Shown in pieces: positions 50,976 through 63,684 of a stretch of 64,000 bases of DNA. The stretch comes from Callorhinchus milii. Taxonomy: Eukaryota. The stretch lies in the NCBI RefSeq assembly GCF_018977255.1, contig NW_024704743.1, positions 3,784,001-3,848,000 of the forward strand, written 5' to 3'. The translations under genes and the position numbers were made by a program. Under the pieces are notes generated by a model. That model worked only from the letters and a program-made list of their open reading frames with translations. It was not told the origin of the DNA and did not search any database. Position 1 is the first letter of the stretch, and every line of letters starts with the position of its first letter.

Positions 50976-51317
50976 CGCACCACAAGCTGTCCTGTAAAGG
51001 TTCTCCCACTATCCTGAAGGCAGGTGCCCATCAGATAGCCGATGAGGAACTCCGAGGCTTGGGGTGGCAACTGCTGGAAGACACTACCTAGGGTCCAGGT
51101 TTGTGAACACACATTCATATATCCAGAGGTTGGAATTAACCTTGATTCGTTTGCAGAGAGGCAAACAGCTGCTGCTCAAATTCCACACCTTCAACTGGTG
51201 GAGCCATCGCTCAATGGGAAGGGATGTGTGTCCGGGCTGTGGGCATGAAGATGGTGGCAAGGTCTCACTTGTTCCATGCTGAGATGTGTTGGCTGACCAG
51301 GAAGCTTACAGTGAGTT

Positions 51318-51830
51318 CAACAACAGCAGCAGCTTGCATTTATACAGCGCCCTTCACACGGGGTAGCGTCCTGGAGGGCTGGACAGTGGCGGAGTCCGAC
51401 AATAAGTCAAGGGGAGAGGGAGGTGGGAGTTGACTGTAAACATAATCAAAAAGGAAGGTCTTCAGGCGGGATTTGAATGTGGGGAGGGAGGGGGCGAGGC
51501 GGAGCGAATGAGGGAGAGAGTTCCAGAGTTTCGGGACGTAGTGGCTGAAAGCACGGCCACCGATTGAGGAACGGAGGGCACCAGGGACAAATCGAGGCCT
51601 GAGCCAGCCGAGCAGAGGCAATAAGTAGGTGGTAAAGTGGGGGGTAAGCAGGTTGGATAGATGGGGGGGGGGGGTGGGAGGGGATGAAGAGATTTTAAAA
51701 CGAGTGAGAGGATCTTGCAGTTCGATCCGTTTGGGGATTGGGAGCCAGTGGAGCCTGGCAAGGACTGGTGCGATGGGGGGTATGGAGTTTGTGCGGGTGA
51801 GTATCCGGGGTGGCTGAGTTTTGAGCACGG
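51318..51830 (-). pseudogene. L2 LINE ORF2 C-terminus and tail
   Basis: IAPVLARLHWLPIPKRI...GGRAFSHYVPKLWNSLP...FKSRLKTFLF. Confidence 0.93.
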
Positions 51831-52581
51831 AGTCCATTCTGTACTGGATTAGATTAAATCATATAAACAGATTATCAGCCATTGTCCTAATGTGAAATAC
51901 AAGGAAACCGTGGGTTGCAAGTTAGGCTCTTGAGGGTGGAAAATGTGACCTCTGATGTGTTAATTATCATCAATAATTATTATCACACTGTTCACATCAT
52001 TGATTAGTTTGTCAATGAAGCCGGTGGATAACTAAAGATTGGAAACAGATGTCCCCCCAAACGTTGGCAAACATTTTCTTATCAACTGCCTTCCTTTATC
52101 ACTGAGGCTTATTGACTGCATTTATCAACGATGTGGTAATTATCACCGGTGATCACGTGTTGCAAATTTCGCCCCATAATCCCAGTGCGTGAGCGCTCTC
52201 GAGGCCTCTTGCAGTGTTCGAATATAAACGCGAAGCTGAGAATGATAAACTGAAAGGTTTCGGAGACCGGAGTAACAAAAGTAATGAAAATAACAATAAT
52301 GGAAATTATTTAAATTGCTGGAAAAATAGGCATGCATTTCGTGCAATCCAATTGGGAACTAGTCAAAATCACAGCAGATTAAGAGAGGGAGGAACAGGTA
52401 AAGCGTTAATGGAAGAACAATAGGAATTAGATTGAAGAATGAAATATTTATGGTGAAAGAGCTGAAGTATGAACATTGGAGAAGGGTGGAGGATTAAAAT
52501 TAATAAATAAGTTATAGGTAGCAATGATCACTGTTACATTGGAACTCCCTCCCTCTCTCCCCTCTTTCAAGGCACATCTTG

Positions 52582-52720
52582 AAACATAAGGCAAAGTACT
52601 GCAAATGCTGGGAATCTGGTATCAACACAGAAGCAGCTGGGAACACGCAGCCGGTCAGGCAGCATCTATGAAGAGAGGAAAATGGGTTAACGTTTCAGGT
52701 CAATGAGCTTTCGTCAGGAC
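52582..52720 (-). mobile_element. Penelope-like element terminal fragment with a degenerate hammerhead motif, inside an L2 3' end (52538-52838)
   Basis: Minus strand CTGACGA-AAGCTCATTGACCT-GAAACGTTAAC...AGATGCTGCCTGACC. Confidence 0.6.
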
Positions 52721-53112
52721 ATACCTCATTGACCTCACTTTGGTCAACTTTTCCTTCCTCACCTGAGCTCATACAACACTTCGAAACCTCTTCCTGACGT
52801 GACAGGCGCTATAGTGTACAAATGCAAATTGTATTGTGTTGCAAAACTAAAAGTTTTCTCCTGTTATAAGGAGTGGAGAGATTTTTGCATAGAGAATAAA
52901 GGTTACTATAACACGGCTAGCAATTTGGATAAAAATTAAAGAGAGGTACAATTTCTTGTCAGTTTCAACGGGCATTGAAGTGTAAGAATAAGAAAAATAA
53001 ATAGTGGTACCCAGAGTGTATGCCTAACTTTATGTACGAGATGTCCTACACACTTTGGCCAAGTATTTCGGTACTAAAGAGATGGATGAAGATGTTTCAG
53101 TGGATCTAGGTT

Positions 53113-53530
53113 TCACCCTGGCTCAGTTGATAGCATACTCACCTCTGAGTCACAAGGTTGTAGGTTCAAATTCCATGTCGGGACTTTGAGCTCATAATCT
53201 AGATTGAACACCGGTGCAGCCCTGATTCTGTGGTGCTGTCCTTCGGATGAGATGTAAAAACTAAGGCACTGTATACCTATTCAGGTGGATGTTAAAGATT
53301 CCCAAGCCACTATTTCAAAAGAAAAGGAATTGTTTCTGGTGTCTTGGCCAACCATCCCCCGGATACACATCGGTTAATCACTTTATGGCTGTTTGTTGGA
53401 TGCAAATTGGCTGCACATTTGCCTACAAATAAGCAGCCCCTAACCTTTACAGTAAATCCTGTGAAGCACTTTAAGACGTTTACACAATGTGATAAGGCAC
53501 TATATGCAGATGTAAGGATTATTATATATT
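53113..53530 (+). mobile_element. Family A SINE, full length
   Basis: CTGGCTCAGTTGATAGC head; GTCCTTCGGATGAGATG; tail. Confidence 0.87.
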
Positions 53531-53904
53531 ATCACTAATTCAGTTGGATTTTTGTGATCTCCCTCCTGAACACATTGGTTGATGTACTTCTAGTTACTAG
53601 AAGAAGCCCCATTTGTGATTTGGAGTCATTATTAAGGAATCACGATGTTTTAGACCCTGGTGTCAAACTATTATTAACAACGTTAATTAAATACTAAGAT
53701 ACATCTCATGAGGTTTTGATTCTAATACCAAGCAGATTACTGTAATCGTGCAGAACTCATTAGTATGGCCACAGTTGGAATATTGTACAAAGTGTGGTGC
53801 ACTGGGAAGGGTTAAGGGAATAAGGTGAGGATGTTGGGGCTCAACGATATGAGGAGAGGCTCAAGGGAACTGAGCTAATTGGTGTAGAACATCTCCTTGC
53901 TTTG

Positions 53905-54138
53905 AGCCTGTAGCTCAGTGGTTAAAGCACTTGCCTCGCAAGCGAGAGACCTGGGTTCGATTCCTGGGCAAGGTGCAATGTTAGGCAAGTTTCCTTGCTC
54001 CGCACGCCTGTTTACCAGCAGTAAGTAGGATCCCAGTTATTAGTCGATTGGCAGATCACTTTTCTGGGGGTAATAATTCCTTCAAAAAAAAATAATAATA
54101 AATTGGTCACTTCAATCCACAACTGTTTGTGGGACACT
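53905..54138 (+). mobile_element. Family B SINE 5' two-thirds
   Basis: CCTGTAGCTCAGTGGTT...GGGTTCGATTCC. Confidence 0.9.
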
Positions 54139-54613
54139 TTATTTTTTGCCATTTGAATGGCTGCAAAAACTGACTTTAGAGGCATTCCTTTAGTGATTCA
54201 AACCCCCATTTTATTTTATATTAGTTGAAAGAAAAATTGCTCTCACTTGCAAATGCAGCGTGGGAGTGAGCATGATATACAATTAACTAAAGGTGAGGTA
54301 AATAACACATGCACTAAGTAAACAATTTTAGACTTAAAGTGGGCTAGACAAAATAATCTCTGATACATGTTCAACCCGGTGAAAACAAAATGCCCCAGGG
54401 GAAGGTCTCAGTCGGAGGAGGGAAGGCGAACAGGTAGTTTAGAATTAAACAGTCGGGGATTGAATGACCAAATTATTCTTTTTTTTGAAGAGACTATGAG
54501 CCCCAGAAGAGGGATCTGGCAATTGACGAATAACCAGGGTCCAACTTACTGCTAGCTAAACAGCTGTTGTAATTGTTGGCTGTTGTAGCGGAGGTGATGT
54601 GTGTTTGGATCAA

Positions 54614-54931
54614 GGAGTCCTGTAGCTCAGTGGTTAGAGCACTCGCTTTGCAAGTGAGAGACCTGAGTTCAATTCCAGGCAGAGGGCGAAACCTTGGGCA
54701 AGTTTCCTTACTCCACACAGAGCCTAATAATAATCCCTCCAAAACCAAAAACAATAATAAATTGGTCATTTTCAATCTCCGACTGTTTGTGGGACATTGC
54801 TGTGCGCAATTGGCTGCCGCGTTCGCCCCCAAATACACAGTCAATTCACTTTACAGTGTGTTCTGTGAAGCGCTTTGGGACGACCTCCCGACGTGAAAAG
54901 CGCTATATCAATGCAAGGATTATTATTATTA
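54614..54931 (+). mobile_element. Subfamily B2 SINE, full length
   Basis: Intact A and B boxes, diagnostic CCACACAGAGCCTAATAATAATCCC junction. Confidence 0.95.
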
Positions 54932-55374
54932 AGGAATAAAAAAGTAAGAAGGTTATTGTCGGTTGTTCCTATGGACTTCCTGAACTGAAGGTGAGAGCAG
55001 AGAAGAAAATGTTTCTACAGATAAGAGAACTGAAGAAAAAAAAAGCCCAGAATGTTTCAATTATCTACTATTGACTAGAAAAACAGCAGAGGCAAAGAAA
55101 ACTAATGAGACATGCACATTTCTAAAGATGGTGCAGGATTACACAGTTTACCAAAGAGCTAACATGGTTTGAGGCTATTTTGGAGCTAATGTTTAGTAAT
55201 GAACCAAGATTGGTAGATAAGACAGCAGTGGGCCCATTGACGTCGAGGAGGTCAGTGACCAAAAAATATTGACTTGAACAGCACAAACTTTGAGAGAATG
55301 TAAACTGAGCTGTCGTTGAGGATACAACAAGAGAGTAGAACAAGAGGTTATAGGTTCAGAGTTTAGAGGAATGA

Positions 55375-55860
55375 GTCCCTCATTGGTGCATTCATCACCT
55401 CCTGCCTCGATTTTGCCTTGGTGGTCTCCCCAGCTCCACTAAGCATTGAAATCCAACCGAACTAAAACTCCTCTGCCCGTGTTCTAACCCACTCCAAATT
55501 CCACCGCCCCATCACCCCAGCCCTTTTCCATGCTGTTGCAGAATGGATCGATTTCAAGATCCTCACACTTTCTTACAAATCCATTCACACCCCAGCTATG
55601 TTCCCCTGACCCAATGGCACCCTACTCCGCTGTGCGCTCCTTTCACTCAATCTTCTATACGTCCCTCATCCCAATCGTCCTCTCACTTGTGAGACGGGTG
55701 CTCCAACCACTGCGCTATGGGACTTCAGTAAATATCATCCTCTCTCTGCTTCATCATCGACGAAGAGGCTTTCAACCTCTATGTCCCAAATCTCTGGAAC
55801 TTTCTACATCAATTCCTCCAATTTGCCTACCTGAAGAGCACTATATAAATGCAATTTTTT
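55375..55860 (+). mobile_element. L2 LINE 3' fragment, decayed
   Basis: GCATTCATCACCTCCTGCCTCGAT (AFITSxLD); GATTTCAAGATCCTC. Confidence 0.75.
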
Positions 55861-56564
55861 TTCTTTCTTGAGAGATTATTATCAGGCGTGTGGAGTAAGG
55901 AAACTTGCCCAAGGTTTTGACCTGACAGGAATCAAACCCAGGTCTCTCACTTGCAAGGACACCTCCTCACTTGCGTTCAGGACCACTTTTTTCCAACACC
56001 TAGCTTAAGTGACCGGTTTGACCCTAGAAATAGTATTTCTATGGTTATACTATTAAACACTTGACGTGTGATTTACTTGCAAGGTGAATAGGATTTTCTG
56101 TAAATGGATGTCCCAATTACAGGGGTAATACTCTGAAGGTTAAATCACTTTGCCACATCTTTGTCAAGTCTGCACAAAGGAATCACTCTAATTAACCAGT
56201 CTTTCACATCAGTGATAACGCTATTTTGCGGTTGTTATAATAATGAAACGAATCTTCTGAGAAGCTTTATCAAGCGTACGGAGCTGTGTAAAGATCACTG
56301 GGATCTTGCACCAGTTGTAGAATGTTTTATACAGAATCTGAGGTATTTGATAATAATAAAACTCTTTTGTTTTTAATTTCTAAATGTCTCCTCTGTTCAT
56401 ACTTACAGAACCATAGAATGTTACAGCGCGGTAACAAGCCTCTAAATCCATCAAGTCTTGCGCTTGTGTTTTTATCTACATGACTTCATCTGTCTTAATC
56501 ACACTTTCCTTGTTGTTGTTGTTGTTGTTGTTGTTTCCTGCTCACTCTCCAACCACTTTGATCA

Positions 56565-56785
56565 TAATCATCCTTGCAGTTGTGAATACAGCGCCTTTCA
56601 TGACTTACTGTAAAGTGTAGAGACTGTGTATTTTGTAGGCAAAGGCGGGAGCCAATTTCCACACAGCATTGACTCACTGACGACCGTGAAGTGAGTGACC
56701 AATTTTATCTGGGGGATTGTTGGCCACGAGCTGGGAGAGAAACTTCCTCCTCTTTTCAAAGAGAGCTATATTGGTCTTTAACTTC
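56565..56785 (-). mobile_element. Family A SINE 3' part
   Basis: GACCAATTTTATCTGGGGGATTGTTGGCC. Confidence 0.8.
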
Positions 56786-57186
56786 GTGCCACCCCACCGC
56801 CCCCACCCCAACGCCCCCACCTGCTCAGTCCCACCACTCACAACAACACCAACAACTTGCATTTACATAGCTCGCCCTTCATGCCCGGTAGCAACGAGCA
56901 AGTTTTGAGCCAATTTTCGTCTGGAAGGCTCTTCTGAAATCCCTCCTCCTCACCGGTTTCGCTCTCAGTTTTCAAAACACATCTAAAAATAGATGTCCTG
57001 TGTTTGACTGCGCTGAAACACTTCTCTGTCTCCCTCGCAGCTCAAGCTCCCACTCAGTCTTTGATAAAAGCACCTTCAGACAGTGCAAAGTGCTTCGAAA
57101 CGTCCTCCAGATATGAAACGTGCATCTAAATGTAAATTGCACCGCATTTTTATTGAGCTTCCCACCATGGCAAGTTCCATTCTTAC

Positions 57187-57335
57187 TTCCCCTTCTCTAT
57201 AATGTCTCCTCCGAGACTTCTTTGGGCGGTATCCTTATATATTGTGCTGACCAGGAATTTTCTCAGCGCTCCAGAAGTGCACTGCGCAGAGCGAGCAAGC
57301 TATCTAAACTAAAGCGTTTCGGTTATATATCCCCA
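57187..57335 (-). promoter_or_regulatory. Candidate TATA-like promoter and short first exon
   Basis: Minus strand GATATATAA at 57323-57331, several CpGs, donor GAA|GTAAGA at 57186. Confidence 0.2.
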
Positions 57336-57494
57336 CGTCCTGTTAGTCATGTTTATTGCTGCCTCGTGCTGTTCTGACTCCAGTGGGGATCGCCACAGAA
57401 AGTTTCATGCTGGTGCCTTAATGTTTGTAAAATGTTGTGGAAATGACCTATCTCAACGCAGATAAGCTGAGGTGGGGTGAGTGAGACTGGCTAC

Positions 57495-57860
57495 GACTAC
57501 TGAACTGCCAACCTGCCCGCTCCCCTCCGTTCATCGGGCTCCGGCCTGCTCCATGTCTCCCGCCCGACCCGCCCTACCATCGGTGGCCGGGATTTCAGCC
57601 TCTCTGCCCCCACACTCTGGAACTCCATCCCACGGACTCTTCGCCTCGCTTCCTCCCTTGCCTCCTTCAAGGCCGGTCTCAAGACCCTTCTCTTCGACCG
57701 TGCCTTTGGTCTCCCTCCCACCTCTCTGCCTTCCCTCACCCCTACACCACCCCTCTCCCATGCTCGGGCCCCGACACCTGACTGTCCAGCACCTTGGGAC
57801 GTCCTCCCGACGTGAAAGGCGCTCTATAAGTGTAATTTTGTTGTTGTTGCTGTTGCTGTT
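57495..57860 (+). mobile_element. L2 LINE 3' end, young
   Basis: TTCAAGGCCGGTCTCAAGACC; tail GGGACGTCCTCCCGACGTGAAAGGCGCTCTATAAG..(TTG)n. Confidence 0.92.
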
Positions 57861-57945
57861 GAATCGTAAAAAAGTTTCTTAAAAATGTTTGATGTGCAAT
57901 AATTATCACAGTGAACACACCACTAAACATTGCTTTTTACCCTTG

Positions 57946-58328
57946 TAATAAAAATAATAATACTGGTATTTGATACAGCGTCTTATCACATCTTCGAGAC
58001 GTCCCAAAGCGCTTCACAGGATACACCGCAAAGTGAATTGACTGTATATTTTGTGGGCGAAACGCGGCAGCCAATTGCGCACAACAGCGTCCCCACAAAC
58101 AGCCGTGGATTGAGTGACCCAATTTTTGAATTTTTTTTGAAGGATTTGTTACCCCACCCCGGAAAAATGACCCGCCAATCGATTAACAAACAGGTTCCTA
58201 CTTAGTGCCAGTTGAACAGAAACGGGTGGAGTAAGGAAACTCGCCCAATGTTTCGCCCCGCCTGGAAATTGAACCCAGGTCCTCTCGCTTGCGAGGCGAG
58301 TGCCCTAACCACTGAGCTACAGGACTCC
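57946..58328 (-). mobile_element. Family B SINE, full length
   Basis: Ends CACTGAGCTACAGGACTCC. Confidence 0.93.
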
Positions 58329-58329
58329 A

Positions 58330-59085
58330 CTTCTTGCATTTGCTATAGTGCCTTTCATGACGTTGAAAGATCTTAATAATAATAATAATAATCCTTGCAT
58401 TTGATATAGCACTTTTCACGTCGGGAGGATGTCCCAAAGCGCTTCACAGAACACACTGTAAAGTGAATTGACTGTATATTTGTGGGCGAACGTGGCAGCC
58501 AATTGCGCACAGCAATGTCCCACAAACAGTCGTAGATTGAAAATGACCAATTTATTATTGTTTTTTTGGAGGGATTATTATTAGGCTCTGTGTGGAGTAA
58601 GGAAACTTGCCCAAGGTTTCGCCCTCTGCCTGGAATTGAACTCAGGTCTCTCACTTGCAAAGCGAGTGCTCTAACCACTGAGCTACAGGACTCCACAAAG
58701 TAGAGTGCTTCACAGGATTTCTCTGTATGGTGCAATGATTGTCTATTCGCAAGCTAATTCGGAAGCCAATTGGCACCCAGCAGCGTCCCACAAACAGTCA
58801 TGAAATGAACGGTCAATTTTGTTTGGGGACATTATTGGTCACGACACCTGGTGAAACTCCCTTCTCCTTCCTAATTGTGACTTGGATCTTCAATGTCTGC
58901 CTGAGCCGGCAGACAGAGCCTTGGTTTTTAAATTCCCACCCCCACCCCAATGAAGGACAGCACCTTTGTGCTGCACTGGAATGTCAATCCAGATTATGAG
59001 TACAAAGTCCCTGGGTAAAAACGTGGGGCTTGAACCCACGACTATTTGACTCAGGGACGAGTGTGCTGCCAACTGAGCCAGACTG
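58330..59085 (-). mobile_element. Family A SINE split by a B2 insertion
   Basis: Tail piece at 58330-58372; body resumes at about 58700 and runs to the head at 59085. Confidence 0.82.
58374..58694 (-). mobile_element. Subfamily B2 SINE, full length
   Basis: Near-identical reverse complement of 54614-54931. Confidence 0.95.
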
Positions 59086-59478
59086 AGACATAATTGCGTC
59101 CCTCCTTGGCAGATCGGTGCTCGAAAATATCCGCCGTAAGGCATAAAACCTTGCGAAAGCTCGTCTCAATGCCCAGGAAAGCTCTCGACACAAAGACTGC
59201 CTTTGCGCCAGACATATTAGTGCTTTTTGCCACTCCAACAGAGCCCTGCCACTGCTGACTAGAGATTAGGCCAGACCTTCGAAAGCTTTTGTTGTGTCGA
59301 GAATCAGCCTGTCAGGACTGTGCTGAATTACAATAAGACCCGGTTGTCAGCTTTTCTCCCCCCAAAAAAGCGAGATGATAAAATTGGTGACTTTAGTCAG
59401 AAATAAACTTTCAAAGAACATAAACCATCCAAGCAACAAAACTGGAGTGCAGTCTGTATTATTTGTTTACTATTGTGT

Positions 59479-59870
59479 GTCAGCCCGGCTCAGTTGGTAG
59501 CGCTGTCACCTCTGAATCGGAGGGTTGTGGGTTCAAGTCCCACATCGGGACTTGGAAGTCATATCGTCCAAGACGACACTCCAAATGTAGTGCTGGGGGT
59601 GTGCTGCATTGTTGGAGGAACCGACCAAGGGATGAGTCGTTAAACCGAGGCCCCATCTGCCTGTTTCGGTTGGACGTTAAATATCCCGCGGCGCTAGCCG
59701 AAAAGAGGAGAAAGTTTCTCCCAGTGTCCTGGCCAACAGTCCCCCAACTAATATCCCCTCGCCTTCCTTGGCCCCGACCCCCAGTTGGAACACAAACGGT
59801 CGACTGGACTGCCCAGCACCTTAAGGCGTCCTCCAGACGTGAAACGGGCTGTAACAAAGCCCATTTTTTG
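59479..59870 (+). mobile_element. Family A SINE 5' two-thirds joined to an L2 3' tail
   Basis: Head and Deu block to about 59750, then CCAGCACCTTAAGGCGTCCTCCAGACGTGAAA, like 57785-57820. Confidence 0.8.
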
Positions 59871-60509
59871 TTGCACAATTTTTGTTGCTACGATGTTCAG
59901 ATTGTCAGCTGTGTATACGCGTGAATTCACTGTCAGCCTCTCATGCATCAGCTGTTGCCCACAGGTTTCTGCTATCTTGGACGGGACTTGTTGGCGGGTG
60001 GGGGGAGAGAGAGGAAAGAGAAGATTCACTTCAAATGGTATTTTAATAGAGCAAACTGACAAAGCTTTACCACGAATAAATGTAGTGTATCAAAGAAAGG
60101 CCTTAATGTCATTTCCCATCAGAGCTTGTGAAGGATGCTAATGATAGCGGTGGGTCACGAGCAGTTAAGTCAGGATGACATGACATTTTCTCGTCTTGTG
60201 GAGAAATATTTTCGAGCTGGTTGTTTGCTCGACTGCGTACGCGAGCACCTGCCAGAGTGCGGGTGGGGGGGAGTGGGGGGGGGTGCGGAAAAAAAGAAGC
60301 AAAGGCTGACAACAATTGTACTTGCTCAGTGCAGTGATGAAGATGTGAGGAGACTGAACACGTCAGTGGAAAAGGTTAGAGCGATCCCAGAAATCCGTCT
60401 GGGGCTATTTATTTTTTCCGTCTCTTCCTTTTTTTTGGTTAATGCGAGCGGAAAACAACGAACGGGCCTGCGTAAAATATTGTGCCCTGTTAGCAACGAG
60501 AACATAACG

Positions 60510-60780
60510 GCAATAATAATAACCCTCGCAATTGGGGTAGAGCCTTTCAAGTTGGGAGGAGACATCTCAAAGCGCTTCGAAGGATAGACTGTAGAGTTTA
60601 ATGACTGTGTTCTGTCGGCAAACGAGGCAGCTGATGTGCACACAGCAGTGACCCATAAACACCCGTGAAGCCAATGACCACCTATATTAATAATAATAAT
60701 AATAATCCTTGCATTTGATATTGTTTGTTTCAAGGAATGTTGGCCAGGACACCTGGGAGAAACTCTTCTTGATAGAGGGA
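60510..60780 (-). mobile_element. Family A SINE 3' part with a tail-only insert at about 60688-60722
   Basis: (TAA)nTCCTTGCATTTGATA embedded before GTTGGCCAGGACACC. Confidence 0.75.
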
Positions 60781-60919
60781 ACACTGTATTCGAGGGTCTA
60801 TGAGTTCAAAGCAAAGCATTATGTGGATAGGAAAAACTTGTATCTGTAATTATCACTGCAGAATTACTTACTCGGTGGATTCTTATATTGCACACAAGAA
60901 TTGGGTTTAACCATATAAA

Positions 60920-61280
60920 GTAGCAGATTGTTTAGAGCACTCGCCTCGCCGGGGAAAGAACCTGGGTTCAATTTCCGGGCAGGCAAGTTTCCTTACTCTC
61001 CACGCCTCAGTTCACCGAGCAGTAAGTAGGTTGTTAGTCGATTGTCGGATCGCTTTTCCGGGGGTAAATAATCCCTTCAAAAATAAATAAATATATACAA
61101 ATAATTTGGTCACTCAGTCTACGACTGTTTGTGGGACTCTGCTGTGTGTGCAATTGGCTGCCAGGTTTCACCCACAGAATGAGGTCAATTCACCTTACAA
61201 TATATTCTGTGAAGCTCTTTGAGACGTCTGAAAGGTGTGGTAAGGCACTATATCAAATGCAAGGATTATTATTATCATTA
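60920..61280 (+). mobile_element. Family B SINE
   Basis: TTAGAGCACTCGCCTCGC...GGCAAGTTTCCTTAC through to the tail. Confidence 0.9.
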
Positions 61281-62050
61281 TCTACATATTAAGGAAAGCA
61301 GACTGTGAACCCACTCATTCTGCTCTATTTTTTGTTATTTCCCTCTTGAGTAAAAGTGAGGAGAGCATAGGCTCACAATTAATTTTATAATATATAATAA
61401 TAATAATCCTTGCATTTGATATAGTGCATTTCACGTCTTCTAGACGTCTCAAAGCGCTTCACAGAATATGCTGTAAAGTGAATTGACTGCATATTTGTGG
61501 GCAAAAACAGTATCCAAATCCTTTTTACTGCCATGAGACACACTCACTGGGGAATCTGATGCCGATATCAACTGAAAAGTTCTTTTCAAGTTTGATTTAG
61601 AATAAAATTCCTGTTGTACAAAAATTACTTTTCTACTGTATCTACACAGCTCTATGAGTGCTATCCAGTGCTTTGAGATGCGCTCCTGACATGAAAGGAG
61701 CTGCATTATGTAAATTGTGGTGTACATTTTATTTGGTGCCATCTGAGACATCTGCTCTTAAGACTGAAGAGCCTTCAGTACTTCATCCTCACCCAAAAAA
61801 AGCACTCCACAGTCCACAGTCTAAGCACAGCTTCACTGCTGTCCAGCGTGGGCTGAACGCTACAAAAAGAGAGTGTGGGTTCAAAGATCACAAAGCCGGT
61901 TCAGAAGAATTAGGGCCCTTCGCTCCCACTCTCATGAACTTGTACAGCAACAAGCATCTCGGCAGGAACCACCCTACTTGGTAACCTGCTCCAGGCATGC
62001 GTGGAAAAACACTTCTTGGTGTCTATCTCAAAACTGCTCTATTATAATAC

Positions 62051-62423
62051 AATAATAATAATCATCCTTGCATTTGATACAGCGCCTTATCGCGTAACTG
62101 AGACGTCAGAAGATGTTGTAATGTGAATTGGCTGTGGGTGAGAGGTGACAGCCAACTGCAAACAGCAGTGTCCCACAAACAGTTGTGGATTGAATGACCA
62201 AGATTTTTTTTTCTGAAGGTATTATTACCCCCGGAAGATGATCCGCCAATCGACTAACAATTGGGTTCCTAATTTACTGCTGGGTAAACAGAGGCGTGTG
62301 GAGTAAGGAGACTTGCCTTACTTGCCTTATCTTTGCCTTACCAGCTTCTGCCCTGCCAGGGAATCGACCCCGGGTCCTCTGGCTTGCGAGGCGAGTGCTC
62401 TAACCGCTATGCTAGAGGACTCC
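62051..62423 (-). mobile_element. Family B SINE
   Basis: Tail through to the head GCTAGAGGACTCC. Confidence 0.9.
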
Positions 62424-63250
62424 AAATGCAATCCTGAGCACGTGTCGTCGTGTCCTGTGCCCGGGCATGCACCAGTATATTATTCTGAGCTTACTTTCTC
62501 AATATTATTTAAAATTCTATATATATATATCTCTAAAGTGTCTCCTTCACCATGTCCTGAGAGACACTGAAGGTTCCAAGGAGAGAGAGAGCACAGACGA
62601 ACGAACACTGAATGACGCAGAGCGAGGCTGTTACAACGCAGAGCTAGGAATCACTCTTTTTTTTCCAGCCAAAGAATCAGAAATCTGGACACACTGATCT
62701 TTGCCATAACCTAGTAACCATGTATTCTTGTACCTGCTGTGATAATCGAGCAGGCTAGGCTCCGAGACAATCAATAAAAGTTCCTTTTTAGCCACGGAGA
62801 GAGTGAATCATAAAACGTACCCACAAATCAGAATTTTTTTTTGAAACGGTGGGTGTTGAGACCTGTAAAGGAAGCATCCTCTTACCTGGAGGCTGTGTGC
62901 TACCATCTGCTAAGAGTTAGTTTACACTTGTGTCAGGTAATCCACCCTACAACACGTGGCCTCGTTCTTTATCAGCGTGTGGTATTTACACCATTAGAAA
63001 TTCTTGTGGTTCATTTCTATTGCCGTTCAGGTGTACATACTGTGACGTGTCGGCAAGGTGACAAGTTATGCTGAAAGCACTGAACAGCTTGCTGACACGT
63101 ACATTCCCAGGACGCAGCCGTCTAGTGTACTGTCTGAGTACAATAACAATACAATTCATACAGCGCCTTTCGCATCGAGAAGACCTCTCAAAGCTCTATC
63201 GCACTGCTACGCTGGGAGCCCGAGCTGAGGGGAGGAGATTGAAGCCATAG

Positions 63251-63522
63251 ATAATAATAATTATCTTTGCATTTGATATAGCGGCTTATCACGTCGTTGA
63301 GACTTTCTCAAAGCGCTTCACAAAATATAGTGTAAGGTGAATTGATTGTCCATTTTGTGGGCGAAACGCGGCAGTCTATTGTGCACAACAGCGTCCCACA
63401 AACAGTCGTGGATTGAAATGACCAAATTATTATCATTGTTTGCTTTTGAAGGGATTAATTCCGCTTTAACGCGATTCCCCATTCGTCCTAACGACTGGGT
63501 TCCTACTTACTGCTCGGTGAAC
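63251..63522 (-). mobile_element. Family B SINE 3' two-thirds
   Basis: Tail, 3' half, GGGTTCCTACTTACTGC. Confidence 0.88.
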
Positions 63523-63684
63523 GGGTGACCGAAAGCGAGGGTCGAAGAGATAAGCCTTGAGCAGTTTTCTGGGTGCAGTCATCACACCAATTGTGGTCTT
63601 GGACGCTGGGAGTGCCGAGGCAGCCATGGTATACGTGGAGTCAGCTCGTGTCAAGAAAATGATCTTCTTTAGTAATCCATCCTT

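Noticed and set aside
54614..54690. tRNA-Ala-like sequence with A and B boxes (many copies)
   Set aside because: These are SINE heads: there is no acceptor stem and each runs on into SINE body and tail.
22230..58735. Recurrent ORF-track peptides (MGKFPYSTQS..., MESCSSVVRAL..., MTVYLWANAA...) that look like a gene family
   Set aside because: They are translations of near-identical B2 SINE copies in several frames and on both strands.
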